From Mobula hypostoma (lineage: Eukaryota), in assembly GCF_963921235.1 (NCBI RefSeq), contig NC_086097.1:57290001-57354000 (forward strand): a stretch of 64,000 nucleotides of DNA, written 5' to 3'. Each line of letters begins with the position of its first letter. The stretch's first letter is position 1. Positions 13,754-26,906 of this stretch are shown here, one piece after another. Made by a program: the position numbers and the translations under genes. The notes beneath the pieces are model-generated. The model saw only the letters and a list, made by a program, of their open reading frames with translations, was not told where the DNA came from and did not search any database.

Positions 13754-14010
13754 TTAGTCTAACCTATAATGCAACACCAACCCACTCCATGTTGTTGACT
13801 TTTAAATTCCTTCTGAAATTTCTTAGCAAGTTCAAGAACAGTCAGGAATGGGCAATAAATAAATACTGACCTTGCCAGCTAACACAGAATCCAAAAGGTT
13901 TATTTAAACAAAACTTTGACCCTGTGCCACCTCTAAATTCTATGCAATCATAAACGTCATTCATTTCATTGGGGACACACTCTGCATGTGAAGTGGCCGA
14001 GGATAAGGGA

Positions 14011-14158
14011 CAAACATGAGAAAATCTGCAGATGCTGGAAATCCAACAATGCTGGAGGAACTCAGCAGGCCAGGCAGCTTTTATGGAAAAGAGTAGACAG
14101 TCGATGTTTTGATCCGAGACCCTTCCTCAGGACTGAGAGAGGAGGAGCAAGATGGAAA
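14011..14158 (-). mobile_element. Solo PLE 3' tail with hammerhead-like motif
   Basis: Same terminus as the long PLEs (aaatctgcagatgctgga...gctggaggaactcagcagg). Flanked by AGGATAAGGGA and AGGATAAGAGA. Confidence 0.8.
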
Positions 14159-16000
14159 AGGATAAGAGATTTTTTTGAAAAGCTGAAAGGCTAGCTTGCT
14201 TAAATTTAACACTCTTAACTGTTTTTAAGTGTGTTTATTTTTGTTGTTGATCTTAGATTTTAGAGATGTCTGGCTTATAAGTATTTCTAAATGTAAGAAT
14301 TATTTTATAATCCTTGAAGTAAAATTGCTGTCTTGGAAGCCAGATCTCTTTAATCCAGCCCTGTCTGTTTGTCATGGCATCAGAGGGACAATTCCTCTGC
14401 ATTTCATTGCCTGAGGCTCAGTTACATCTGGACCCTGCCACTTGACACAAGGGTAGAGAGCAAATGGTCTATTTAGTGTAGGCATATGGGGGCAGTGGAT
14501 GTTGACTCTGGGAAGTAGGCTGTGCCTAGGGCAATCTGGGGCAACATTTACCAATTTATAATTGTTTAGAGACTTCACTTTGTGCAATTGGTTTTGGTGA
14601 TTTGCTACATTATCACAGTGACTGTATTCCAAACATGCCGCAATGACCATAAGATCCTTTGAAAATGTTCTAAGGTCAACTGGTGATGTAGTTATTTATT
14701 TCTAATACTGTAATTTTTTTGCAACAAGTTCCAAAATAGCACATACTGTAACTTGCAAATTTTCTTTAATATTGCTGCAGCTGCAAGGGAATGATTCATA
14801 CTAAGTTGCTTGTAAAGAAGTGTCTGTAAAACATACAGCGTGTTACTCATTTTACTGAATGAATGGTTGTCTTGAAATGATCATATTGGTTATTCACGTT
14901 CCATATTCAAGCTCTTCCCTTCAACCTCATAGATTTTATAGAAATATGTTGTTTCTATTTTTACGAGAGATGTAATTGCTTATAAAATAATTATTTGCCT
15001 GAAAAAATGAATATTCAATTTCTAACCTGAAATTTAGATACTTTTCTCACAAAACAAACTGTTTATATTAAAATTCCAGCACCTGCAGTCTTCACTTCTT
15101 GATCACTATATTCATGATTCATGGACATATCATTTGACACCAGTTGTGCCAGCTTTTTTGTGGTTTAGTGTACCAGTCAATATATTATTTTCAGCACTGC
15201 ATAGCATAGCACTGTATAGCAGGCAAGAAAAATCTCTGACCAGTGCTGTTTATATAGTCATAGAAGATCAGTTGACTTTTATTACAATTCTATAAAGATG
15301 CATGCTCTGAAGTGGAGTTGTTTCTGGTTGCAAAAGCCTACATGTGGTAATACAGTTGGTGCTGAAGGCCTCTATGCTGATAGCAAGACTTTTAGACAAA
15401 GTAGTTGTTCCTAGATGCAGTGTGTCTGTTAGCATTGCAGTTGGAATGCAACATAACTGCATGAATGAGCAGAGATATACAGAGCAGGAGAAGCTGTGAA
15501 AGAGAAAGGGAGGACTGTCGGCTAGAAACTATATCTGCCCAGGCAATTCAAAAAGCAAATCTCTTAGGTTGAATCTCTGAGAACATATTGCAAATGGCTT
15601 TAAGGTGACAATGACAATAATTGTTTTATGTCTGACTCATTTCTGGCTGGAACAGGGGATAATTCCAACATCTTGAAATTTGTGATTCTATATTGTGCAT
15701 GGAAAGTCACAATTCTCTTTATTTGAAGTGTTAGTTAATCCTCCTTCTCTCTTGCTAGAGACAGCAGTCAGAGAGTGAATAATCCTTTATTAATAAATCT
15801 GCATATTCCTAGATTGTGTGAAGTGCCGTTAACTCATTCAAATCACCTTTGATTTCCAACTGGTGCTGGACCATAGGTAACACATCATACAAGGTGATTT
15901 TTGGCAGTAATTATGACTCATTTTGTATTTGTCTGCTGTGCAAACAAAATGGTGGATCATGGTGGTGGGGGTTAGCTGTAACAAAGTAGCTGTTGCTTCT

Positions 16001-17489
16001 CAAACAAGAGAAAACCTGCAGATGCTGGAAGTCTGAGCAACACATACAAAATGCTGGAGGAACTCAGCAGGCAGCGTATATGGGGAGAAAAGTACAGAGG
16101 CAGGTGATGGGTGGGCAAGGAGATAAGGTGAGGGAGGGAAAAGGGTATGGGAAATGGTGAAGGGGGGTGGGAGTTGAGAAACATTACCGGAAGTTTGAGA
16201 AATCAATGTTCATGCCATCATGTTGGAGGCTACAGAACAGAATATAAGGTGTTGTTCTTCCAACCTAAGTGTGGCCTCATCACAACAATGGAGGACATTA
16301 TGGATGGACATATGGGAGATCCTGCTTGCTCTGGCGGATGGAGCGTAGATGCTCGGCAAAGCGGTCTCACAATCTACGTCAGGTCACACCAATATACAGG
16401 AGGCCACACCGGGAGCACCAAACACAGTATATGACCCCAACAGGCTCACAACTGAAGTGTTGCCTCTCCTGGAAGGACTATTTAGGGCCCTGAATGGTAG
16501 TGAGGGAGGAGGTGTAGCACCTGTTTTGCTTGCAAGGATAAGTGCCAGGAGGGGCAAATGGACAAGGAAGTTCCGTCGGGAGCGGTCCCTGCTGAAAGCA
16601 GAAAACAGGTGGGAGGGAAAGATGTGCCTGGTGGTGAGATCCTCTTGGACGCGGAGGCTGGTGGAGTGGTAGGTGAGGACAAGAGGAACCCTGGCCCTGG
16701 TAGGGTGGCGGGAGAATGGAGTAAGAGCAGACATGCATGAAATGGAAGAGATGCGGTTGAGGGCAGTGTTGATGGTGGATGAAGGGAAGCCCCTTTCTTT
16801 GAAAAAGGAGACCATCTCCTTCGTTCTAGAATGAAAAGCTTCATCCTGAGAACAGGTGTGGCAGAGACAGAGGAATTGTGAGAAGAGAATGGCATTTTTA
16901 CAAGGTGCAGGGTTGGATGAGGTATAGTCTGGGTAGCTGTGAGAAACTGTGGATTTGTAATGGACATCAGTGGATAAGTTGTCTGTGGAGATAGAGACAG
17001 CAAGATCGAGAAAGGGAAGGGAGGTGTCAGAAATGGACCAGGTGAATTTGAGGGCAGGGTGGAAGTTGGAGGCAAAGTGGAGGAAGCAGCACCAATGCAG
17101 TTGTTGATGTGGCGTAGGAAAAGTGTGGGACGGTCACCAGTGTAGGCTTGGAACATAGACTGTTCCACATAGCTGACAAGCAGGCAGGCATTGCTGGGAC
17201 CCATGCAAGTGCCCATGGCTACCCTTTTGTTGAAGGAAGTGGGAGGAACTAAAGGAGAAATTACTTAGATTGAGTTCAAGTTGCGCTAGGCAGAGGAGAG
17301 TGGTGGTGGAGAGGAACTGGTGCCCAGAAAAAAATTGGAGAACTTTGCGGCCTTCCTGCTGGGGGAATGGGGGGTATAGGGACTGGACATCCATATTAAA
17401 AATAGGATGATTGGGGCTAAATAACTTGAACTCCTTGAAAAGATCAAGAGCGTGTGAGGTGTCACATATATAAGTAGCTTGTTTTAGCG
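16001..17489 (-). mobile_element. 5'-truncated Penelope-like retroelement (RT plus GIY-YIG remnants)
   Basis: Minus peptides MGTCMGPSNACLLVSYVEQSMF and FKERGFPSSTI...RVPLVLTYH. TSD AGCTGTTGCTTCT at 15988-16000 and 17490-17502. Confidence 0.9.
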
Positions 17490-18465
17490 AGCTGTTGCTT
17501 CTGTTGCGTAGCTGCACAGAAATGTCAACTATGTCACAAGGTGAAATCTGATAGAACAGAGCATTGATCTACTGAAATTCTCAGTTTCACTGATACCCAG
17601 CAAGAGTTGACAGTGCATCAGGATTCAAGATGCTATTTTTCCAGGGGTTACGGTGTTCCTTTATGCAAAGCTTGACTCTAGATACTGGTTTTTTCCTCCC
17701 TTAATGCCCATTAACTTCAATTTCACCAGGGCCTCCTTATGTCACACTCTAGTCCCCTTCACTCTTAAGCCCAAATTTTGACTAAAGCTGTACTGAACTC
17801 TGAAATTATTTAGTCCTGATTAAACCAAAATGGAGCTTTATGTTGTGGATAGTAGGGGAATAAGTACTGCTTGATAATTGCGATCACAGAACGAAAAATG
17901 TAAAGAAGAATTTTTTAAGGAAATTGTAGTGGTAACTTCATTACAGCAATATATGTTCATCATTGTGATTTATAGCTCCTTACATACTGAAGATGCATTA
18001 ACATCTAATTTGCCTTTCCCTAACCAAGGAGTGCTTAGTCTTGCAATTTCTTACTGCTGTTGCAATTAACACCTGCTATTCTAATACAGAACCATAAGTG
18101 AATTGTTGACTATCTTCTAGTTTCCTGTACCAAAGGGACGGATTACACCTGAACCTGAGAGTGACCAATTTCCTTCCTGGCAGGTTTGTTACAGCTGTTG
18201 GGTAGGGTTTACTAAATTGGCAGAGGGATGGGAACCACAGTGATAGAGCTGAGGATGGAGTGGATGGGGCAGTTGAGGCAGTGTGCAGTGAGACTGTCAG
18301 GAAGGACAGGCAGATGATGGGGCAAAATTGCAGTCAGTGGGATGAATTGCAGTGTAACATGGGGAGAACATCTAAAAGAGTGTTGAATACAGGACTGAAG
18401 TGTTAAGCTTGAATGCACACAGTATATGGAATAAGGTATATGATCTAAGCTTGGTAGGTATGATG

Positions 18466-18587
18466 AAGGGTCTCGGCCTGAAACGTCGACTGCGCCTCTT
18501 CCTATAGATGCTGCTTGGCCTGCTGCGTTCACCAGCAACTTTGATGTGTGTTGCTTGAATTTCCAGCATCTGCAGAATTCCTGTTGT
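18466..18587 (+). mobile_element. Solo PLE 3' tail (younger subfamily) beginning at the hammerhead core
   Basis: tgatgaagggtctcggcctgaaacgtcgac...ctgttgtttg. 15-bp duplication TTGGTAGGTATGATG at 18451-18465 and 18588-18602. Confidence 0.85.
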
Positions 18588-18614
18588 TTGGTAGGTATGA
18601 TGTTGTGGGCATAC

Positions 18615-19252
18615 TGATCAATTTCAAGTTCCTGGGTGTTAATATCTCGGAGGACCTAACCTGGTCCCAACATATTGATTCCGCTATAAAGAAAGCAAGA
18701 AAGTGGCTCTATTTCCTTTGGAATTTGAGAAAATCTGATATGTCACCTAAAACACTTGGAAATTTCTACAGATGAACCATTGAGAACATTCTCATGGGCT
18801 GCATCACCATCTGGATGGGGGTGGGTGTGTCTACCACATAGCATCGAAATTGATCAGAGTCAGCTACATCAAGGGTACTAGCCTCTATAGTATCCAAGAC
18901 ATGCAAACATCTTCAAGGAGCGGTGCCTCAAAAAGGCGGCGTCCATCAAGGACCCCCACCACTCTGGACGTGCCCTTTTCTCACTGTTACCATCAGGAAG
19001 GAGGTGCAGAAGCCTGAAGGCACACACTCAGCGATTCAGGAACAGCTTCTTCCCCTCTGCCATTCAATTTCTGAAGGACATTGAACTCAATAACACTACT
19101 TCACGCCTTTGTTTTTACTCTTTTTGCACTAATTATTTGATACTTACTGTAATTCACAGTTATTTCCCTCTATTGTTATGTATTGCATTGAACTGCTGCT
19201 GCAAAGTTAACAAATTCCATGACATATGCTGGTGATATTAAACCTGATTCTG
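18615..19252 (+). mobile_element. Rex1/Babar-like LINE 3' fragment
   Basis: Peptide FKFLGVNISEDLTWSQHIDSAIKKARKWLYFL; tail aaacctgattctg. Confidence 0.7.
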
Positions 19253-22200
19253 GTGTTGATCACTGAGCTGTGGTTCAAAGAAGATCATAATTGGGAGGTT
19301 GACATCCAAGGATACACATTTCAACAAAGGACAGGCGGGGCGGGAGTGGCTCTTTTGGTAAAAAATGAAATCAAATCTTTAGAAAGGGATGACATACTAT
19401 AGGATCCGAAGATGTAGAGTTCTTATAGATAGAGTTAAGAAACTCCCAAGGGTAAAAAGACCCTGATGGGGATTATATACAGGCCTTTGAACAATAGCCA
19501 GGTTGTGGGCTACAAATTACAGCGGGTGATGGAAAACACATCTTACAGGCAATGTTACAGTAGTCATGGAGAATTTTTTTTAGTTTTGAACCAATTGACC
19601 TTTGACTCAGAGACACTGAACCAAAATTAATGCTCATTTTCAAAGGTTCATTTTATTATCAAAGTATGTATACAGAATACAACTCTGAGATTTGTCTTCT
19701 CCAGGTAGCCATAAAATACAGAAAACATTGAAGTAGTTGAAAGAAAGACATCAATCACCCCCTCGCACAAAAACTAACAGATCATCCAAACTGCAGCCCG
19801 CCAATTGGCAACATGAAAGAATGGGCAAGAACATGAGAGAAAAACATAGAACTGAAAGAAACCAATATGAACTACAGTCCAGTCCATAAATCTCAAGAGT
19901 TTCAATAACCTCTCCAAGAGCATCAAGACCCAGTGGTCTCTATTTCAATATGTAGGTAGATTGGGGAAATCAGGTTGGTGCTGGATCTGAAGAGAATGAA
20001 TTTGGAGAATGCCTACGAGATTGTTTTATAGAGCAGTTTGTGGTTGAGTCCACTAGAGGAAAGGCTAGTCTGGACTGGGTGCTCTGTGATGAACCAAATT
20101 TGATTAGGGAGCTTAAGGGAATGGAACCTTTCGGAGGCAGTGATCATAATATGAAAAACTTCACCCTGCAATGCGAGAGGGAGAAGCTAAAGTCGGATGT
20201 ATTAGTATTTCAGTGGAGTAAAGGGAATTATAGAGGCATGATAGAGGAGATGGCCAAAATTGATCGGAAGGGGACACCAGTAGGGATGATGGCAGAACAG
20301 CAGTGACTGGATTTTCTGGGAGAAATTTGGAAGGTGCAGTATAGATACAGCTTAAAGAAGAAGTAGTATTTTAAAGGCAATATGGTACAACCATGACCAG
20401 AATATACTTTACTTTACGTTACACTTTATTGCCGCCAAACAATTGATACTAGAATGTACAATCATCACAGCGATATTTGATTCTGCGCTTCCCACTCCCT
20501 GGATTACAAATATTAAATATTAAAAATATTAAAAATAATAAAAATTAGTAAATATTAACAATTTAAATTATAAATAATAAAAGCAGGGATATAATGCTGA
20601 GGCTTTATAAGGCATTAGTGAGGCCTCACTTGGACTATTGTGAGCAGTTTTGGGTCCCCTATCCAAGAAAAGATGTGCTGACATTGGAGAGGGTTTAGAG
20701 GAGGTTCACAAGAATGATTCTGGAATGAAAGATTTATCGTATGAGGAGCGTTTGGTGGCTCTCAGCCTGTACTTGTTGGAATTTAGAAGAATGAATGGGG
20801 ATTTTAATGAAACTTATCAAATGTTAAAAGGCCTAGATAGAGTGGAATGTGCAAAGGTTGTTTCCTATTAAGGGGAAGACTAGGACCATAGGGCACTGTC
20901 TCAGAAGAGAGGTGTGTCATTTTAGACTGGAGATGAGGAATTTCTTTAACCAGAAGGTGCAGAATCTGTGGAGGCCAGGTCATAGGGTGTATTTAAGGCG
21001 GGATTGGTAGGTTCTGGATTAGTCAGGGTGTGGAAGGTTATGGGGAGAAGGCAGGAGAATGGGATTGAGATGGAAAATAAATGAATCATGATGAAATGAC
21101 AGAGCAGACTCAATGGGCTGAACAATCTAATTCTGCTCCTTTCGCTTATGGTCTTTTTTGCACTACTTAGTTAATTGATATATATACTATAAATTGCAAT
21201 AAGTTTGCAAAAAGTAAGTGTGTGTGTAAAATTTATTGTAATTTATAGTTTTTATTGCTATGCATTACAATGTTCTGCTACTACAAAACAACAAATTTCA
21301 TGACATCTGCTGGTGATATGAAACTGATTCTGTGTGTCATCTTGACATCTACCTATGCTAGCTATTGGTATTCTTTTAATAAAGTATGATACCTGCAAGC
21401 AAATCATTTATAATTATTTACTGTTTTCATTATATCTTTGAATAGCCATTTCTGGCATTGAGAGGGGATATCATAACTGGCTGAACTGGTTTTATTTGGA
21501 CCTTCTATGCACTGATAATTTTATAAACTATTTCTTTGTTGGAGTCATAGATATGTATCTATAGAGAATAAATTTTAAATGACTTGCTAGGGAATTTAAG
21601 GGGAAGTTAGACAAACAAAATCTAACTTCCACAGAGCTTGTCTAGAATTTTAAGTTTCTGCCAGAAGATTTTTGAAGTGGAATTATTAAACTTTATTTTA
21701 AAAGGCACTGGATAATTTATTATAAAAGAGGATTCCTTAGTCTTGCTTGCGTTAGTAAAAAAGATTAAAATGAAGTTTAGTGAATTGATGTGTTGAAAAA
21801 AAAAGCAAGTAATGATGATTATGTTTTAGAATTTAATAAAAATATCAGTGAATGCATTGGTATTAAGGTGAATCATTAGATGCAGTAATGAAACGTGCCT
21901 GCATTATTTGAATTTGAAGGCCAGTTTATATCTAATCCCCTACTCAATAAGATTTTTTAAAAATTCAGATGATCCTTCTTGCATAACTATCCATCTCACT
22001 ACATATCAACCGCTTCATATAATCCAATATTGTAGAAATATTTTAAGTGATGGCAGTGGAAAGTAAAAGTAAGAAACTGCAGTTTGAATATGGGGACAGC
22101 AGTTTGAAATCAAAGTCAAAAGAAATGTATGTCTCTGAACTAATTGAACTGGGAAAAATAAAAAATTGCACAAGGTAGGATTTGGCAAGAGGTTTTGCTG

Positions 22201-23387
22201 GAGTTGGAATGGATGTGTGGTCATTAGTGTTATGGTGCATTGAGGAGAGAGTTTGGCGAAAATGGGCCTGGCAAATGCTGAGTTGTAAATGAGAATCTCA
22301 GCAGTGGGCATGGAAGTAGAGTTAGTTAATCTAAGTGATTGCTCTTCATAGGATTTAAATTTAATTTGGGAGAATACAGGTTTAAAATAATTTTGCTTAG
22401 CTTGAGTAAGTAGCTGCGAGCAGCAAAAGAATCGGTGGCAACTGCTAGCATTTCTTGCAGGGATAAACAGGGTTGGTCCTGGTAAACTTGAGCTGGAGGA
22501 AATTCAGCATCCTGTCCAAAGCAAAATAGCATTATAAAAGAGAAATATCACAGAGTAATTCACTTCCTTTTTAAAATTCCACATGATTGTCAATGATGTA
22601 TGTGTATTTTCAATAAATATTTGTAAAAGACTTCAGAAATAACAGATATCCAAAACTAGCCAGAGCTTAGGAAAATCAAGTGGATCTTAAATTGCTTTCA
22701 GACTGTTAGCAAGTTCTTCCAGATGTATGAGAGGCTTGTGGTATACCTTTAATAATAATACTCAAAGAATATGTTGTAATATTTTCCGTTTTATTAACTA
22801 GTCCTCACAAATGAATGTACATTTTAAAAAAAATGACATGATGTGAACATCATGACTAGAGTTAATTTTTAGTCTGGGTCTTTCTTTCTTTGTAATCAGA
22901 CAAATGGAATGAAAGAGTTTTTGGCAACCTGGATAAGAAATTGGCTAAAGAACAGAAAGTAGAATATGTAATGGTGAACAGTGGTGTTCCTCCCTCCTCA
23001 GTCAATGCTTTAACCACTGCTTTTTATTTGAATGTGTATTCCTTTCTTTAAATTGGGTATGCAGAGTAAATTTTCAATATTTTGCAAAACAGGGAAGTAT
23101 GATCACTGGAGAAGAGAATTATATTGATCGTAAGATGACATAGAATGTGAAGTCAGGTAGCAGATGAAATTTAATCCAGGAAAGGGCAAAATATGGCTCC
23201 GGACGTTGAAGAGTTTCCCATTGCCATTTACATCAGTTTTGCCAGGACGCCTTTATGTCACATTGGGTCAAATATGTCTTGATTTCAAGAACTTTCATTC
23301 TTATCTCATCCAGTTCCAGTACATGTGTGGGCTAAGACTGTGATGAGCTCTACCACTAAGTGAGCCTGGTGAAACCCAAACGTAATA

Positions 23388-26123
23388 CGGTGGATTCCAG
23401 TTAATTGGGACACATGGGACCAGTACATTTTGGCCTCGTTAAGTGCTGCCCCAATTAGCTGTAGTTTCATGGAAATAGTTAAAAAGGTATAAAAACAAGA
23501 GAAACTACTGTTTAACTGAGTAACAAATTATGTATTTATATGAAATATAGAACAAATTGGGACACTACCAACAAGATGGTGGTTGTCCGTCATATCCAAC
23601 GATGACAGGAAATCTGTGTGGGAGAGTTTTAAAAGTAGACAAGCTGGAGCATTGCACTCTCTCAACCTTGGAAGTCCAGGTCTGGTGTTATGAGTAGATG
23701 TCACAACTGGCATCTTCCCTGGTTGCAGTGGATGACTATGACTGTTTCTGTGGCTTGTGCCTTCGCTCTCCATGTAATGTTGTAGAACCACCTTCCTGGC
23801 CATTGGTTCTCACTGTAGATCTTATCTGCTCAGTCTGCTGGAGCTCAGTTTGCATTCTAAGACAGGCATGTCTGTCCTTATCTCACTGGGGTATGAGACC
23901 CACCAGCTACCTTCACCTGGTTTGGCCTGCCTCTTGAAGTGGTGTAGTAGGGTGAGGCACTGTCATATGCACACAGCCATTTGGAGCCACAGATGAGAGC
24001 TGAGTGTCTGGTGAAGACCAAAGGTGACATTCAGGATGATTGTCAATACACCCTATCCTCGTTATATGTGTCTTCAGACAATGCGGATTCACAGTTATGC
24101 GAGGAACCTATTTCTACCAACCTCTCGTTATATGTGTCCAAAACTCAGTTATGCGAGGAGCACTGCTTTCCCGCCAATACAAGTCATGTGTGCACGCCTC
24201 TCAGTCTCACTCCCGCCAGTCTCGCATTGGTTTTGGCAACGCGTGGATGTGCGATCTTGCGCTCTTAAACTTTTGTGTTTTTACCTATGGTGCAGTGATT
24301 TTGTGCTTGAAATATTTAACTATGCCTCCTAAGCGTCCGATGTCAAGTCCTGGGCCATCAGCCAAGCGGCAGAGAACCGCTTTAACACTTGGAAAAAAAG
24401 TTGGAAATTATAAACAGGGTGGCGTCAGGTGAAGGTAACACAGCTCTGGGACGCTACCCTGTGCAGTTGCAGGCTATGATAGCTGAGTTAGGCATCACAC
24501 CAAAGCAGGTGTTTAATGCAGATGAAACCGGGCTTTTTTGGAAGCGTATGCTGAAACGCCACTTAACATAAGTAAGGATAAAAAAACTGCATCAGTCTTC
24601 AAGGCAGCAAACGATTGACTTTGCTTATGTGTTCCAATGCCGAAGGAGACTGTAAGATGAAGCCTCTCTTAGTTTACCGTTCACTAAACCCCCGTGCTCT
24701 TAAGGGCTTGAGTAAGAATATGCTTCCTGCCCATTGGGCAGCTAACAAGAAAGCATGGGTCACTGGTCAAATCTTTGAAGATTGGTTTGCTAATCATTTT
24801 GCTGTTAAAGATCTTTTGTTGCTTGACAATGCGCCAGCCCATCCTAAACGTTTGGACAGCATTCATCCTAACATAACAGTGCGTTTCCTGCTGCCTAACG
24901 CAACATCGTTCGACCAAAGTGTGATATCCACAGGCGTATTTTTTACGGCGAACTGTCTTTCAGATGCTGCAAGCAACAGATGATTTTGAAAATCCCGGTA
25001 GTTTACCAACAGTGAGGGAATGGTGGAAGTCCTTCAACATCAGACATGCCATCAACAACATTGATGAATCATGGAAGAAGGTCAGGTCTTCCACTCTGAA
25101 GCGACTGGCAGAATTTTTCAGGCTGCGGAACACTTGGCACAAATGGCGATGGACATGGACCCAAGTCTAGAACGGAGTCAGCATTTCAGTCCTTCCCTGC
25201 AGTCAAGCCTTCTTCCCTACAAGCAAATTTATGCTGAAAAACAAAATGCTGCCAAGCAAACAATTCTCACCACTTTCTTCAAACCGGTGTCATCTCCTGC
25301 TGCCAGCAGTACTGAGAGTTTTGTGAGTCTTCCTTCACCCCTTGCTGTCCTTGATGATCCTGACGACACAGGACCATCCACCATATCAATGTAAAGCTGC
25401 CTGACACCACAACAACCACTCACCTTCCAGAGCGAACACACCTGCCACTGTTGGTGAGTGCTGTACACCCTAGTATGTTAACTTTCTATGATTTATTATG
25501 TTGAATATTACCTTAAATTGATTAAATATAATACGAATGTTGCCTTGTGGTACTGCTTTTGTGTCGTATTGGTATGAAAATGTGAATAAATTACAGATAA
25601 AACATGTTTAGGAAGCCCTCAAGAACGCATCCCTATTTTCTCCATTTAAATAATTATTCACATTATGCGTCGACTTTGAGGAAAGTATCCCCCGCATATA
25701 ATGAGGATAGGGTGTATCTTCAAATTCTTCGTACTCCTAACTTGTTGAAGTAGAGAAATCATTTCATTTTAACCCCATGCCATTCCTGGTATTTCCAAGT
25801 CTGAATCTTGAAACTGCAGTGAGCAAAGCAGATCTGAATTGTCTTGCTGCTTACTTCTTGCCAACTATCAATGACAAAAATTACATTTTTAAACACAAAC
25901 ACACTCAGCTGACTCTATTTCAAAACTGTTCGCTCTAAGCATGATGTACGACTGACGCTTGTTGGAAGCCATTTGGCAAATCTGCTGTCCCAATTAAGCA
26001 GAGTAGTATCCCAAATAAACAAAGGAAATCCCAGCTATTTTATCGATTAGGTTTCGTTCTTTGAATTATCCCAAATAAGCGGCTGCTCGATTAACTGAAG
26101 GCTCAATTAACTGGAATCCACTG
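23388..26123 (+). mobile_element. MITE family A copy expanded by two nested insertions
   Basis: TA|CGGTGGATTCCAGTTAATTGGG ... CAATTAACTGGAATCCACTG|TA. Outer parts align with 561-1462. Confidence 0.8.
24049..25714 (+). mobile_element. Tigger1/TIGD1-like pogo transposon with frameshifted, deleted transposase
   Basis: TA|CACCCTATCCTCGTTATATG ... CATATAATGAGGATAGGGTG|TA. Peptides KKLEIINRVASGE, QVFNADETGLFWKRM, KPLLVYRSLNPRALKG, NKKAWVT, LLLLDNAPAHP. Confidence 0.92.
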
Positions 26124-26796
26124 TATCGGTATAATGGGAGAGTTGATGTCACTTGATAGCATTGTTGACAACAGCTTCCATCACTTTACTAATCATTAAT
26201 AGTACACTGATGAGGAAGTAATGAGCTGGATTAGATTTATCCTTCCTATGAGCAGGCCATACCTGGGCAATTTTCCAAATTGTTGTAATAGTACTGGAGC
26301 ACTTGGCTAAAGGCATGGCTAATTCTGAAGTTTAGTACCATGTACAGAATATTGTATCCTGAGGGATAAATTCAGAAAAAAATCAGTCAAAAAAAAACTG
26401 CAGGGCTACAGAATAAAAATGGAGGAATGGAATGATAGGATTGCTGCACAGGGTGCTGGCATAGAATCAATGGAACAAATATTCTCCTTTTGTGCTGCAT
26501 CAACTTTATGATTCCATATACTACCTCAACAGCCTGGTAGATCTCGGTCGTTATTTTGAAAACCAAGGGTGATATTTAGATTGTCTTGGTGTCTTGCTGG
26601 AATTTGTGTTATGAATCAATCATTTGACCCTTTGAGGATTTTTTTAAAAAGGCAGGCTTGGGTCATAAAAGGGAAAAATAGCACCGAAAATGATAACCAG
26701 TAATCAAGTGCACTTCGAATAATTTTCATCAAAATTTGAATTAAATAATGGACAATACATACTTATAGAGTCAATAAGAGTTTTCCTTGTATTTAT

Positions 26797-26906
26797 AGAA
26801 CATAGAATAGTACAGCACAGTACAGGCGCTTCGACCCACAATGTTGTGCCGACCCTTAAACCCTGCCTTCCATATAACCCCCCACCTTAAATACCTGTAT
26901 ATACCT
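26797..26906 (-). mobile_element. Very short CR1 3' tail
   Basis: Near-identical to 60404-60512 (agaacatagaatagtacagcacagtacaggc...ccccaccttaaat). Confidence 0.8.

Larger units (their letters stand above)
18180..21155 (+). mobile_element. Fragmented CR1 LINE (ORF1 end, APE endonuclease, RT end, 3' UTR) hosting several nested inserts
   Basis: Peptides TRGKASLDWVLCDEPNLIREL...GGSDHN (20040-20306) and LSYEERLVALSLYLLEFRRM (20650-20871). Ends in a ttatggtct-type tail. Confidence 0.75.

Noticed and set aside
22050..22174. Open stretch MAVESKSKKLQFEY... ending at AG|gtagga
   Set aside because: No in-frame acceptor, no recognisable homology, and possibly decayed LINE sequence.
24323..25394. Possible domesticated TIGD gene
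   Set aside because: Frameshifts, deletions and intact TIRs with TA TSD show a dead transposon.
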